Origin: a virus
Taxonomy: Duplodnaviria > Caudoviricetes
IMG/VR virus record: IMGVR_UViG_3300032237_001169
Coordinates: 44,842 to 108,841 of that record
Length of the DNA stretch: 64,000 nt
Reading direction: 5' to 3' (one strand)
In this document: piece after piece, positions 19,867-30,530 of the stretch
How positions within the stretch are numbered: the first letter of the stretch is position 1
Layout: each line of letters starts with the position of its first letter
The notes under the pieces: generated by a model
The model's database searches: none
Told to the model about the DNA's origin: nothing
Seen by the model: the letters and a program-made list of their open reading frames with translations, nothing else
Program-made: the position numbers and the translations under genes

Positions 19867-20115
19867 ATGGCACATACTAATAAGCAATTCATGTAGGTGG
19901 TTTATTGGGCACAAAAACATATGAAATGTGCTGTTGATGAAACGCGAATGGGACTTAGAATTACTCCCAACGTAAAAGATGTTCGCGCATCGACTTGTCA
20001 TCCCGATGATAATGGGATGTATGATTTTATGCGCTATCTTGCGAGAGTTCTCGGGGTTAGCAAACGTGATGTTGAAACTGCGGTTAAATTGGACATTCCA
20101 CTAAAAACAAAATGA
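19867..20115 (+). pseudogene. Hypothetical protein with in-frame TAG at 19894
   Basis: Promoter TTGACA-N17-TAACCT at 19828; MAHTNKQFM*VVYWAQKH... Confidence 0.55.
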
Positions 20116-20134
20116 AAGTTCAATACAAAAACGT

Positions 20135-20761
20135 TCACGGTGTTAAAATTAACTTCTTATGAAGTTTACGATGACAATTAGTACATACAATAATACATTT
20201 TTTTATTTCGCTTTGAATATCTTCTAATGTATAAATTTTATTTTTAATCATTCTACCGATATTGTTGATTTTATTTTGTTTATTTATATGATGAAAATCT
20301 AAACACGCATAGTGTGATTCATCACAAAATTTACATTTTGAGTGTTGTTTTGTATCATAAACAAGTTTAAATTTTAAAGTTCTATCCGTTGGTTTTTTAT
20401 AAAAATGAGTTTTTCGATGGCAATTGGAACATAGAATGTCACACTTATTAATTTCATTTTTTAATGATTTCATAGAAGAACCGTTTGCTATAAATTTATT
20501 AATATTTTGTATTTTTTGTTTTTTATCTCTATGATGAAATTCTAAACAACAGATTGTATTTTCGTTGCATTTAGTACATTTTGATGATGCTTTAAAATTA
20601 TTAATATAATTCGTTAAAATCTCTCTTTTTTGAGATTTGTGTTTTCGCTTATATAAGCGCACTTTGTCTTTATTTTTCAATTGCCATTTCTCAATATTTG
20701 CTTTTAATTTATTTTTGTTTTTTTGATAATATTCTTTAAAATATAATTTTTTATCTTTCAT
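20135..20761 (-). mobile_element. Tandem-HNH homing endonuclease
   Basis: Two copies of C..C.E....CL.FHH...K...EI.KC...C.NCHRK.H. Confidence 0.85.
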
Positions 20762-20778
20762 GTTTAAAATCTCCTCTT

Positions 20779-21321
20779 ATGGAATCACATATTATAAGTA
20801 GTTTTAACGTCCACGATTCGCTTAAAAATCTTTCAAAAGAAGAATTGCAAAAGTTTTATCTAAGTCATAGACATAAAGCGGCAGTTGCGATGACTCATGT
20901 TGAAAGCGATTTTAATCTATCTAACGTTATAAGGTCTGCAAACTTTTTGGGTTTCAAAGAAGTTTTTTACATTGGTGGAAAAAGAAATTGGGATAGACGC
21001 GGCGCAGTTGGTACACAAAACTATATTCCTGTTGTTTATTGCCCTACATATGAATATTTTCTAAACATAATTGAAAATCAATATATACCAGTGGCACTCG
21101 AAAATAATAAAACAAAAAATCCAATTAATATATTTCAATACAAATGGCCTATTAACTCTGTTATTGTATGCGGAGAAGAACAAAATGGTATTCCAAATGA
21201 ATTATTAAATAAAATCAATACATGTGTGGAAATTCCCGCGTATGGTACTGTTAGATCATTAAATGTTGGAACTGCGGCAGGAATTGCAATGTCTTTATAT
21301 ATGCAATGTAATTTTAGTTGA
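20779..21321 (+). CDS. SpoU/TrmH RNA methyltransferase
   Basis: N...VIRSA, GEE..GI, EIP.YGTVRSLNVGTAAGI. Confidence 0.9.
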   Translation: MESHIISSFNVHDSLKNLSKEELQKFYLSHRHKAAVAMTHVESDFNLSNVIRSANFLGFKEVFYIGGKRNWDRRGAVGTQNYIPVVYCPTYEYFLNIIENQYIPVALENNKTKNPINIFQYKWPINSVIVCGEEQNGIPNELLNKINTCVEIPAYGTVRSLNVGTAAGIAMSLYMQCNFS

Positions 21322-21325
21322 CACA

Positions 21326-21625
21326 GTGCAATGGTATCGTTATCCAACCAACAAGGAAGAATATTGGAGTGTCGTGGACAAATATTGGAGTTATTTGTTG
21401 GATATTGTGTTGCGTTTTGGTCCAGAATATGTTATACACAATGGCGAAACGAAGCGACTTGCGGTTGCTGCCACATCTTTGAAAGAAAAGCGTTCAACTG
21501 AACTTGTTGAATATTTTAACAAAACATGGGCATCTGCTCCTGATACTGGACATATTCACGCAATTCCTGCATGGCACATATTGTGTGATCTTTGCAGTGA
21601 ATCAATTGTGCTTTATGAAGATTAA
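21326..21625 (+). CDS. Hypothetical protein (start uncertain)
   Basis: WASAPD..IH..P.W..LCDLCSE motif. Confidence 0.55.
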   Translation: MQWYRYPTNKEEYWSVVDKYWSYLLDIVLRFGPEYVIHNGETKRLAVAATSLKEKRSTELVEYFNKTWASAPDTGHIHAIPAWHILCDLCSESIVLYED

Positions 21626-22181
21626 TTATCCGATATTAATGATAAGTGATATTCATACTAATTTGTTCAATTTACGACGGTTATTGAACAAATATCGAAA
21701 TCATACTGTGATTTGTTTGGGTGATATTGTTAATTTGTGGGATAAAAATATTTCAAAATTGAATCATGAAATTATTGATTTCTTTATCAAAAAGAATATC
21801 ATTTGCCTTAAAGGCAATCATGATGAATGGGTTGGCGGCAATCAAGATTTGCATGGTATTAGCGATGAACAATCAAAATATCTGGTCAATTTGCCGTTGT
21901 CATTAACAATCGAATTGCCCGACAATAAAAAATATCAATTTTATCATTATCGTCCGAATGATTTTTGGAGTTTGGAAACTCCCGATAAAGTCACATTTAG
22001 TGTTTTTTGTAATGTATATGGCGCAAATGATAATGTTGATGCAATTGTAATTGGTCATTTGCACAGTTCATATGAACTGAGATTTGAAAATCATAATAGA
22101 AAGTTAATTGGACTAGGAGCATTAAAAGAAGGACACTATGCTTTGTTGACTGAAAATGGAATACAACATTTATCACTATGA
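21615..22181 (+). CDS. Metallophosphoesterase
   Basis: ISDIH.N, CLGDIV, GNHD, GHLH. Confidence 0.85.
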   Translation: MKINYPILMISDIHTNLFNLRRLLNKYRNHTVICLGDIVNLWDKNISKLNHEIIDFFIKKNIICLKGNHDEWVGGNQDLHGISDEQSKYLVNLPLSLTIELPDNKKYQFYHYRPNDFWSLETPDKVTFSVFCNVYGANDNVDAIVIGHLHSSYELRFENHNRKLIGLGALKEGHYALLTENGIQHLSL

Positions 22182-22561
22182 GCAAGCGTAATAAACAAGA
22201 AATTAAATGGCTTAAAAAGCCAGCGGACCATAATTATCCATCTGCCGAATCATATTTGTCATTGATAATTGATCCAGCAGGAGCAAGAACAATCGTAAGT
22301 TATCTTAAAAAAGAATCAATTAGCTTTTTTAAAGCCCGTGATATTTTTCGAGCAAGTGGATTGCCATTGTTGGGTATTTCGCAACATCAAATTGAACACA
22401 ATTTGAAGAAAATTGAAAATGGAGAACCACTGTCACCTATTTTGCTAATTCGTGATGTAAAACATAAAAAGGTAATTATTGCAGATGGTTATCATCGATT
22501 GTGTGCTGTTTATCATCACAATGACAATATGGAAATTCCATGTCAAATTATTTCACTGTAA
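22178..22561 (+). CDS. ParB/Srx-like protein
   Basis: PILL.......IIADGYHRL. Confidence 0.7.
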   Translation: MSKRNKQEIKWLKKPADHNYPSAESYLSLIIDPAGARTIVSYLKKESISFFKARDIFRASGLPLLGISQHQIEHNLKKIENGEPLSPILLIRDVKHKKVIIADGYHRLCAVYHHNDNMEIPCQIISL

Positions 22562-22564
22562 AAT

Positions 22565-22897
22565 ATGAATAATAATCGCACTTATTACTACGACATCGAT
22601 GGCAAAAAAGATCCTGATTATGAAAATATTGCCGCATATCTTTTGGACGAAGGTGTATTGTTTGTGAGCAATGCAATTGATAGATACACTCAAAAAGAAT
22701 GCTTGGGATTGTATGTGTTGATCAATGATTATTTTGGTCCCGGCGCAGATGCAGAAAATGTTACTTATGATGAATTGCCAAAACTATTTGATATGTATAA
22801 AGAAAAACAATGGAATGGTGTGTCTCAATTTGTAGCAGATAAAAGAGGTATTCCAAACATTTATTGGCGAGACAAAGTTAGTGCTATTACAAAATAG
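22565..22897 (+). CDS. Hypothetical protein
   Basis: ORF. Confidence 0.65.
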   Translation: MNNNRTYYYDIDGKKDPDYENIAAYLLDEGVLFVSNAIDRYTQKECLGLYVLINDYFGPGADAENVTYDELPKLFDMYKEKQWNGVSQFVADKRGIPNIYWRDKVSAITK

Positions 22898-22986
22898 AAT
22901 TATGAACAAAAAACAAACATATCCTATCTCAAAGTATGTGGTATACATCCAGATAAGTGTGTGGTAATCTTAAAAAGTAAAGTAAT

Positions 22987-23376
22987 ATGAATAATCGCTT
23001 TAAATATAGAATTTGGGATCATTCAACTAAGAATATGATCAGTGAAGATAATAACTTATATTTTATATCCACCGACGGCAGTATTTATATAAATGATATT
23101 GTTAGTGATCGATGTGTGTATTCAGGAAATAGAAACAACAATTTTGTTGTTCAATTTTACATCGGATTAACTGACAAAATCGGTAAAGAAATTTACGAAG
23201 GAGATATTTTAAGAGCAAACAAGCAAAATGAAACATTAATTGGTTTTGTGCAATATGATGTTCTATATGGCGCATATAGACTAATTGTTAGTGATATTTT
23301 GTCTTTTACATTTTATCAACTCACTAATTTAGAAGTAATTGGCAATAAGTTTGAGAATCCTGACTTATTAAAATGA
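22987..23376 (+). CDS. YopX family protein
   Basis: FKYRIWD, GL.DK.GKEIYEGDI, EVIGN.FENP. Confidence 0.9.
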   Translation: MNNRFKYRIWDHSTKNMISEDNNLYFISTDGSIYINDIVSDRCVYSGNRNNNFVVQFYIGLTDKIGKEIYEGDILRANKQNETLIGFVQYDVLYGAYRLIVSDILSFTFYQLTNLEVIGNKFENPDLLK

Positions 23377-23606
23377 AAAAACCCTCAGTAGCCGTTGTTT
23401 ACACTGATGATGGACCGGGAGGACCGTGCGGACAAGACTGTTTCACGACATCCTGTTGGACTAAAGTGTATTTGTTTAATTCAGAGCCAGAAGCTAGAAT
23501 TTGGCTCGATAAATTCACGACACCAAAACGCAAAAGATCAAAAATAACATTATGTTATCTTGATCCTGAAATGAGTGGTGGCACGCAAACTTTAGAATAC
23601 CTATGA
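23373..23606 (+). CDS. Hypothetical protein
   Basis: ATGA-coupled ORF. Confidence 0.6.
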   Translation: MKKPSVAVVYTDDGPGGPCGQDCFTTSCWTKVYLFNSEPEARIWLDKFTTPKRKRSKITLCYLDPEMSGGTQTLEYL

Positions 23607-23974
23607 ATAGAGAATTAAAATTTAGAGTCTGGACGGGATTTTCAATGGAATATAATGTAGTCGTTGGAAAAGACGGAGCATTTTACGCGCTTGTTGATAA
23701 AAATGACAAGGATTGTTTATCGCCGACAACCAAATATAGTAAAGATGCTCCTGTGATGCAATATACAGGTTTGGTCGACAAAAACGGTAAAGAAATTTAC
23801 GAAGGAGATATTGTAAATTTAAAATTCGGAGAATTGTCGGATCTTTGTGTCGTTATATGGGATAAATATCTTGGATTAAAATATGATAAAGGTAGTTGGA
23901 CTTCTCTTGTGCATGTCGATAAATGTGGAGAAGTGATTGGTAATACGTTTGAACACGCACATTTATTAAAGTAA
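23603..23974 (+). CDS. YopX family protein
   Basis: KFRVW, MQYTGLVDKNGKEIYEGDI, EVIGN. Confidence 0.9.
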   Translation: MNRELKFRVWTGFSMEYNVVVGKDGAFYALVDKNDKDCLSPTTKYSKDAPVMQYTGLVDKNGKEIYEGDIVNLKFGELSDLCVVIWDKYLGLKYDKGSWTSLVHVDKCGEVIGNTFEHAHLLK

Positions 23975-23975
23975 T

Positions 23976-24595
23976 ATGTTAATTTTATCAACTATATTGG
24001 TTGTGTGGTTCGTTCTCTGTGTGGTGTTGTCACTGAGAACTTCATATGATCCTCACAATGATCATAAAACAAAAGAAATATATCAAATATTAGAATATGT
24101 TTTTTTCTTTCCTATTGTGATTCTTGCGTTTATGCTGGGATATATTTTCATTCCCATCATTAAAAAATATAGAAAATACATTAAAAAATAAAGATAATAA
24201 AAGATATGAAATGGAATAATGATATACCGAATAAGAAAGGTTACTACTGGTACAAAGACAAATCGATGGGCAAGCCTGTAATTCTATTTGTTACAAATCA
24301 TGATGGGGGATGGTATGCTCAAGATGAAGAATATTCTTTTGTTGTTGAACCGGAAGACGGAGTGTTGTGGTGTTATGTACCAGAACCGAATTAAATATTT
24401 ATGAACAAACCAATAGGAGCAATACAACAACAATTAGATGACAACAACATTGAATGGGTGTTGTGTAGTGGTTATGGTATTGGTATAAATAAACACGAAC
24501 CGACGCGGGTATTGCGTCATAGTAGTGAATATGACTGGGCCAAAGAAAAAACTAAGCTTCTACAAGAAATCGCGTTTCTTAGAAAAATGCAATAA
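23976..24595 (+). CDS. Three small hypothetical proteins (23976-24191 membrane, 24206-24394, 24401-24595)
   Basis: Consecutive + strand ORFs. Confidence 0.6.
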
Positions 24596-24710
24596 AATCA
24601 CTAATTTAAGTTATTATACCAACAAATATAAATAACAACACAGTCAACATAATAATTGACTGTGTTTTATTATAGTGTAATATTCAAGTCATAAATTAAC
24701 AAGAATATTT

Positions 24711-27020
24711 ATGACTGACAACAAACTAGATTTTTGGATACAAAATAATTACAATGTACTTTTTGTGGGACGCCATGGAACAGGCAAAACTACACGTATT
24801 ATCGAAGCATTCAATAGAAATAATATTAAATGGAAATATTTTAGTGCTGCTACCCTTGATCCTTGGACAGATTTAGTCGGCATTCCAAAAGAAGCAAAAG
24901 ATCAAAGCGGAAATTCTTATTTAGATTTTATTTTACCAAAGGATTTTTCTAATGATGAAGTGGAAGCTATATTTTTTGATGAATACAATAGATGTTTGAG
25001 CGGTGATACAAAAATTTTATCCCCGGACGGAAATTCATATAAAATAAAAGATTTGGTTGGAAAAGAATATTTTTACACGTATTCATTTGATCAAAAAACA
25101 AACAAAATATGTATCGGAAAAGGACATTCTGCCAGAATAACGCATAAGAATGCAAAAATATTAAAAGTTACATTGGATAATGGTACATATATAAAATGTA
25201 CTCCGGATCATCCTTTTTTATTAAAAAGCGGAGAATACAAACAAGCACAATACTTAACTCCCGAAGAATCGCTAATGCCTTTATATAAAATATGGAACGA
25301 AAATGGCTATGAAAAAATATATCAGCCAAAGTCGAACGGAAGATTCGACCTAACATATTGCTTGGCAAATCAATATAATATAAATTCAAATAAATATAAA
25401 CATACGAAATTATATCATAAACACCACATAGACTTTAATAAAAATAATAATTCACCAGACAATATAATTGAGTTATCTAGAGATGAACATTTTAAAATTC
25501 ATGGTGAAAATTCAAACTTTTTAATTGATGCTGGAAAAAAAGCTCTTCATAAAAATCATTTGATGCGAATTGTAAATTTGATGATAGACACAAACCTAAA
25601 GGTTGAAACTGAAAATGATTATAATATCTTATTAGAAACTGCGAAGAAAAATAAAAAACCAATTTTAAAATATTCTACATTCGTTAAATTATTTACATTC
25701 AAAGAATTAGAAGAATTGAGAAATGTCTCTTTCTTAAAAAGAAAAACAATAAATCATAAAATCGTATCCATAGAAGAATGTGGATTTGAGGATGTATATG
25801 ATATAACAGTTGATTCATATGGAAATTTTGCACTGGAAGCCGGAATATTTGTTCATAATTCACCAAGCAAAGTGCGTAATGCAACAATGGAATTGTTGCA
25901 ATTCAAGAGTATTAATGGTAAAAAATTCAAGAACTTAAAGTTCATTTGGGCTGCAATCAATCCAGAAAAGGATTTAAACGATGATAGTGCTCCTGAATAT
26001 GATGTTGAAGCACTTGATCCGGCTCAAAAAGATCGTTTTGAGATTCATGTAGAAGTTCCATATAAGCCAGACATTACCTATTTCAAAAACAAATACGGTG
26101 ATGATATTGGAAAAACTGCCGTAAGTTGGTGGAATGATCTAAATGATAAAGAAAAAGATGAAGTTAGTCCACGTCGTTTGGATTATGCCATCGGTCTTTA
26201 TATTAAAAGTGGTGATCTGCGTGATGTATTGAACAAAAAAATCAATGTTAGCAAATTGGTTGGAGAATTGAAAAACGGCAATTTCCGCGAACAAATGGAA
26301 AACATTTACAAAAATCGTGATTTAGAAAAAGCCAGTGCCTTCATCAAAGACGAAAATAGCTATAACAACACTATCAAATATATCTTACAGGATAAAAACA
26401 AATTGGATTTCTTCTTCAAATATGTACCAGAAGAAAAACAAAGTAATTTGGTAGCCACCGACGATGTTGCTATGAAATATGCATTTAATAACATGGATAA
26501 ATATAATGTTATTGTGCAACGTGCAAGCATTGCCAACACCAAAATTGCAAAAGCATTGGCAAAATGGATGAAGAACAAGCCAATGGATGTAACCAATTTT
26601 GATAATTTCTCATTCTCTAGCACCAAGCTAAAATTTGCTAAACCACCTAGAGCAATGGGAACTTCGGGATACAAGAGCTATACAGACATGATAAATAGCG
26701 AAATGACCGAATCGACCAAAGGAACTGCATATCGTAAAAATGCATTTAAATCCATTGCATGGGCATTGTATAATGACAAAGGTTATGGTAATCCAACTCC
26801 TACTAATCCATTAACTGAAAAAGAAGCAAAATTAACATTGGATGGTTTGAATAATCTAATTGATAGCATTTATCAATTTGAAAATTTCAAAGAACTGCCA
26901 CAAGTTTATGGTTTGGTATGCGGTGAATATTTGAAGCGTTTTGGTAAAAAGCAAACTTATAATAAGTTAACTCGCAAAGTACAAGAATTCTTGAACCTAC
27001 ACGGCAATATGTATATCTAA
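24711..27020 (+). CDS. MoxR-type AAA ATPase containing an intein
   Basis: GRHGTGKT, DLVGIP, FFDEYNR|S, AAINP, LDPAQ.DRF, SPR. Confidence 0.9.
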   Translation: MTDNKLDFWIQNNYNVLFVGRHGTGKTTRIIEAFNRNNIKWKYFSAATLDPWTDLVGIPKEAKDQSGNSYLDFILPKDFSNDEVEAIFFDEYNRCLSGDTKILSPDGNSYKIKDLVGKEYFYTYSFDQKTNKICIGKGHSARITHKNAKILKVTLDNGTYIKCTPDHPFLLKSGEYKQAQYLTPEESLMPLYKIWNENGYEKIYQPKSNGRFDLTYCLANQYNINSNKYKHTKLYHKHHIDFNKNNNSPDNIIELSRDEHFKIHGENSNFLIDAGKKALHKNHLMRIVNLMIDTNLKVETENDYNILLETAKKNKKPILKYSTFVKLFTFKELEELRNVSFLKRKTINHKIVSIEECGFEDVYDITVDSYGNFALEAGIFVHNSPSKVRNATMELLQFKSINGKKFKNLKFIWAAINPEKDLNDDSAPEYDVEALDPAQKDRFEIHVEVPYKPDITYFKNKYGDDIGKTAVSWWNDLNDKEKDEVSPRRLDYAIGLYIKSGDLRDVLNKKINVSKLVGELKNGNFREQMENIYKNRDLEKASAFIKDENSYNNTIKYILQDKNKLDFFFKYVPEEKQSNLVATDDVAMKYAFNNMDKYNVIVQRASIANTKIAKALAKWMKNKPMDVTNFDNFSFSSTKLKFAKPPRAMGTSGYKSYTDMINSEMTESTKGTAYRKNAFKSIAWALYNDKGYGNPTPTNPLTEKEAKLTLDGLNNLIDSIYQFENFKELPQVYGLVCGEYLKRFGKKQTYNKLTRKVQEFLNLHGNMYI
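24993..25859 (+). mobile_element. Intein (289 aa) with HNH endonuclease
   Basis: Begins CLSGDT, block B CTPDHPF, HHIDFNK.NN.PDN, ends VYDITV...FVHN followed by Ser. Confidence 0.95.
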
Positions 27021-27023
27021 TAT

Positions 27024-28328
27024 ATGATTAGTACAGAAAAATTCTTTCAGATTGCTCAAGACTTGGAAATTTATCACGGTATTTTTTCAAGAATTTGGCA
27101 AATGGGTAAACCCATAGCTGATCCATCAATACCCACCGCTGCCGTTCGATTTGATCGTGACGGTGGGTTTTTTAGCTTTTGTTTTAATCCAGATTTCTTC
27201 AAGACACTTGATGATTACAACTTAAAATTTGTAATTTGTCATGAAGCATTGCATATTATTCTCAATCACGGTTATCGTGGTTATGGATTGGAGCCTGAGT
27301 TGGCTAATAAATCAATGGATGTGGTCATCAATGAAAGTTTAGTCAGTAATTTTGGTTTTGATCGTAATCGTATAACCAATGCAAATGAATTGTGTTGGTA
27401 TGATACAATCTTCAAAAATGAAGATGTTGAACAAGACAAGAGTTTTGAGTATTATTATGATTTGTTGTATGACAAAGTTTTAGATTCAGCATCCGGTGGT
27501 GAAATGGATAGCGAAGGTAATATGAAATTGCCGGGTTCTATGGGTGGAAATCAAAAAACAGTGGATCAACATGATGGATTTGGTAGCGAACATCAAGATC
27601 AAATTGATGAAAAATTGGATGATGCTTGTGATAAATTAAGCAGTGATGAACGCAATCAATTGAAGGATATTGTTGAGAAATTGTTGGATGATGATACCAA
27701 GCAATCATTACAAGCCGGATCTGGTGCTGGCGGATTGACCAAAATCATGAGTTTGGAAAAGGTTAAAACCAAACGCAAGTGGGAAACTGTAATTAAACGC
27801 TGGGCACAGCAATACATGAAGCGAAATGATAAAAATCATGAGCAATGGGCACGTATAAATAGACGATTTGTTACATTGTCGCGTGATATGTTCATTCCGA
27901 CTGAAATGGAAATTGATAATTTTGAAGAAGAAAAGCATAGAATCAAAGTTATATTTTTCTTGGATACATCTGGTAGTTGTGTTCATTTGGCAGATCGTTT
28001 TTGGAAAGCCGCAAAAAGTCTTCCAGAAAGTCGATTTGATATTCATTTGTGTTGCTTTGATACCAGAGTCTATGAAACCAGTTTGAAAACCGGCAAATTG
28101 TATGGTTTTGGTGGAACGTCATTCTATATTCTTGAGAATTATATTCAGAAATACAAAAAAGAAAAAAACAACGGCAAATATCCAGACGCAGTATTCGTTA
28201 TTACAGATGGATACGGCGATCCAGTACAACCCGAATTTTGTAAAAAATGGTACTGGTTTTTAAGTGAAAATCACAGAGGTTGTATTCCTAAAGAATGTAA
28301 TATATTTGATTTAAAAGACTACGAATAA
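27024..28328 (+). CDS. DUF2201-type metallopeptidase-vWA protein (MoxR partner)
   Basis: IPTAAV, HEALH, DTSGS, GGT.F, ITDGY. Confidence 0.9.
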   Translation: MISTEKFFQIAQDLEIYHGIFSRIWQMGKPIADPSIPTAAVRFDRDGGFFSFCFNPDFFKTLDDYNLKFVICHEALHIILNHGYRGYGLEPELANKSMDVVINESLVSNFGFDRNRITNANELCWYDTIFKNEDVEQDKSFEYYYDLLYDKVLDSASGGEMDSEGNMKLPGSMGGNQKTVDQHDGFGSEHQDQIDEKLDDACDKLSSDERNQLKDIVEKLLDDDTKQSLQAGSGAGGLTKIMSLEKVKTKRKWETVIKRWAQQYMKRNDKNHEQWARINRRFVTLSRDMFIPTEMEIDNFEEEKHRIKVIFFLDTSGSCVHLADRFWKAAKSLPESRFDIHLCCFDTRVYETSLKTGKLYGFGGTSFYILENYIQKYKKEKNNGKYPDAVFVITDGYGDPVQPEFCKKWYWFLSENHRGCIPKECNIFDLKDYE

Positions 28329-28329
28329 T

Positions 28330-29142
28330 ATGAAAGCATTTGTAAAAACTAATAACGGAACCTTTCCAAACGTCAATTTTTATTTGGCATGGGAAGCATT
28401 CAATACAATGGGTTATAATGCCACTTGTTTTGAAGAACATGAAATTGATAATTTGGATATTACCAAAGAAACTCCTGTATTTGCTGGAGTTACTGTATTT
28501 AGAAAAATTATAGATAAACTTGGTGTCAATTATGCTCCATTTGATTGTTATCCAGAATCATTAAATTTATATTACAGAAGAAACATTCGTAGAACCACTT
28601 TGGGACAAGTTCGATTTGAATTTAATAATAGTGCCGCGCCTGTTTTCGTCAAGCCTGTTAAACCAAAAGAATTTAATGGTCGTGTATTAAATAGTTGTTT
28701 GGATTTGATACCAATGGCTAAAAAACCAGATGAATTGGAAGTTTATATATCTGATCCGATTGACATATTATCCGAGTTTCGTGTATATGTATTGGAAGGT
28801 GAAATATTAGATGTTAAACACTATTATGGTGATTGGTCAATAACTCCAAGCAAAGAATTTGTTGAAAATGTAGTAAAAACATATAGTGAAGCACCGGTTG
28901 CATATGGTGTTGACATTGGTGTTAACAAAGAATATGGATTTGTTGTAGAAGCCAATGATGGATGCAATTTGGGCAATTATGGTTTGGATGCCATACATTA
29001 CGGAGAAATGATTGTTGCACGTTGGTTGGAAATTGTAAATGAAAAGAAAACCGATGCAAAACAAGCAGCGGCAAAAGCCTATGCAAATTCATTATTACAA
29101 AACAATAAATTTGATTTGAATTCATTTATTAAAAAAGCATAA
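28330..29142 (+). CDS. ATP-grasp (R2K/DUF4343-like) protein
   Basis: YPE.L..Y..R, FVKP...K.F.G, EFRVYV, D.G..., VEAND. Confidence 0.8.
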   Translation: MKAFVKTNNGTFPNVNFYLAWEAFNTMGYNATCFEEHEIDNLDITKETPVFAGVTVFRKIIDKLGVNYAPFDCYPESLNLYYRRNIRRTTLGQVRFEFNNSAAPVFVKPVKPKEFNGRVLNSCLDLIPMAKKPDELEVYISDPIDILSEFRVYVLEGEILDVKHYYGDWSITPSKEFVENVVKTYSEAPVAYGVDIGVNKEYGFVVEANDGCNLGNYGLDAIHYGEMIVARWLEIVNEKKTDAKQAAAKAYANSLLQNNKFDLNSFIKKA

Positions 29143-29144
29143 AC

Positions 29145-29378
29145 ATGAAAATTTACGAAGATCAATTGACAAAAGTACATGTATCAACTGTTTGTGATGT
29201 CACACAAACCGATGCATGTGCTTCTTTGAAATTAAATTTTGGATATGGTAGTAGACACGATGGTATTGAATTGCATATGGATTTGAATGATAAAATATCC
29301 AATGAAATTTTAAAGATGTTAATAAACAAATATGGTGCTGAGAAAATTAATAGTCTAAAACGAGATTATTTTGAATAA
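29145..29378 (+). CDS. Hypothetical protein
   Basis: CD.......FGYGS..DG motif. Confidence 0.6.
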   Translation: MKIYEDQLTKVHVSTVCDVTQTDACASLKLNFGYGSRHDGIELHMDLNDKISNEILKMLINKYGAEKINSLKRDYFE

Positions 29379-29979
29379 TGTATATTTTATGAAAATGCAA
29401 TATGGTCTTGATAGAGATAGTGCAAAATGGTGGATTCAATATGAAAGTTTTCGATATGGAACCACAGCGGCAGATAGTATTGGATATTGTTATGCCGATG
29501 CATTTGAAACAAGTATTGTTGTTGCACTGGCTCGTTCATTGGATGTAGATAAAGAAATTACACATAATTATTCGAAAATACTTATTAACAATGTTTTTCC
29601 ATTATTTGAGCATTCGTATGATTTTTATATTTTTGTAATCGCTTATGGTGGCGATATACTTAAATTTTTAATAGATTATAGAAATAAATCAAATAAATAT
29701 TTAATTGATATTATTGGTAAATTTGTAAAGACAAACTATTATTACTATTTTTGTTCATTTGGTGATTTGGTATCATTGTTTCCTGATAATACTGTTGATG
29801 ATAGTACCCAATTGGAAAAGTGGTGTGATGAAGTCATTGCTGCAAATCCAAAAGCAGTTGCTGATTATAAAGGCGGCAAAATGGGAGCATTGAACAGTTT
29901 GAAAGGTCAAGTAATGAAACTAAGCAAAGGCAAAGCCAAAATTGATATCGTTGGAGATATTCTATTAAAGAAAATATAA
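29371..29979 (+). CDS. Protein with a C-terminal GatB/YqeY tail domain
   Basis: D...LEK.CDEVIAANPKAVADYKGGK..ALN.LKGQVMKLSKGKA. Confidence 0.75.
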   Translation: MNNVYFMKMQYGLDRDSAKWWIQYESFRYGTTAADSIGYCYADAFETSIVVALARSLDVDKEITHNYSKILINNVFPLFEHSYDFYIFVIAYGGDILKFLIDYRNKSNKYLIDIIGKFVKTNYYYYFCSFGDLVSLFPDNTVDDSTQLEKWCDEVIAANPKAVADYKGGKMGALNSLKGQVMKLSKGKAKIDIVGDILLKKI

Positions 29980-29981
29980 AT

Positions 29982-30530
29982 ATGAATCCTCCGAAAAAAT
30001 ATGCCGTATTTGAAAAAATCCCGGCGCACACTGGTAAACCAGACAGTGTTATACTTGCTCCATATAATACAAAAGAAGAGGCGCAAAATGATAGAGAAAA
30101 GTATGGATACAATACAGACAATTATTATGTTGATGCATATAATAGTGATGTAGAAAAATACATGAATGATCTAATAAAGAAAATAAAGAAAATTCCATAT
30201 AATAATGAGATTTAGTTTAAAATAAGGATTAATATGAAGAAAAAAACAAATAAAATAGAAAAAAAGAAAATGTATTGTCTAAGCATCATGGACGATTATG
30301 GTGAATTGTGGCTTGGGCACAACAAAGAACCAATTGCATTTGTTCATTGTAATGATGCTGGTTTCGACGAAGAATATCAATCATTTATTTTTGATTATCT
30401 AAATGTTGATTTAATTTGTGAAAACATCTATATCGAAGATGATGATTTAGAAGAAAAATTGCATGAAGAAAGCGGCGACGAAAATGCAATTGCCAAATTG
30501 TTAAAATCAGAAATAGATAAATTGCCATGA
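29982..30530 (+). CDS. Two hypothetical proteins (29982-30215, 30234-30530)
   Basis: ORFs. Confidence 0.6.
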
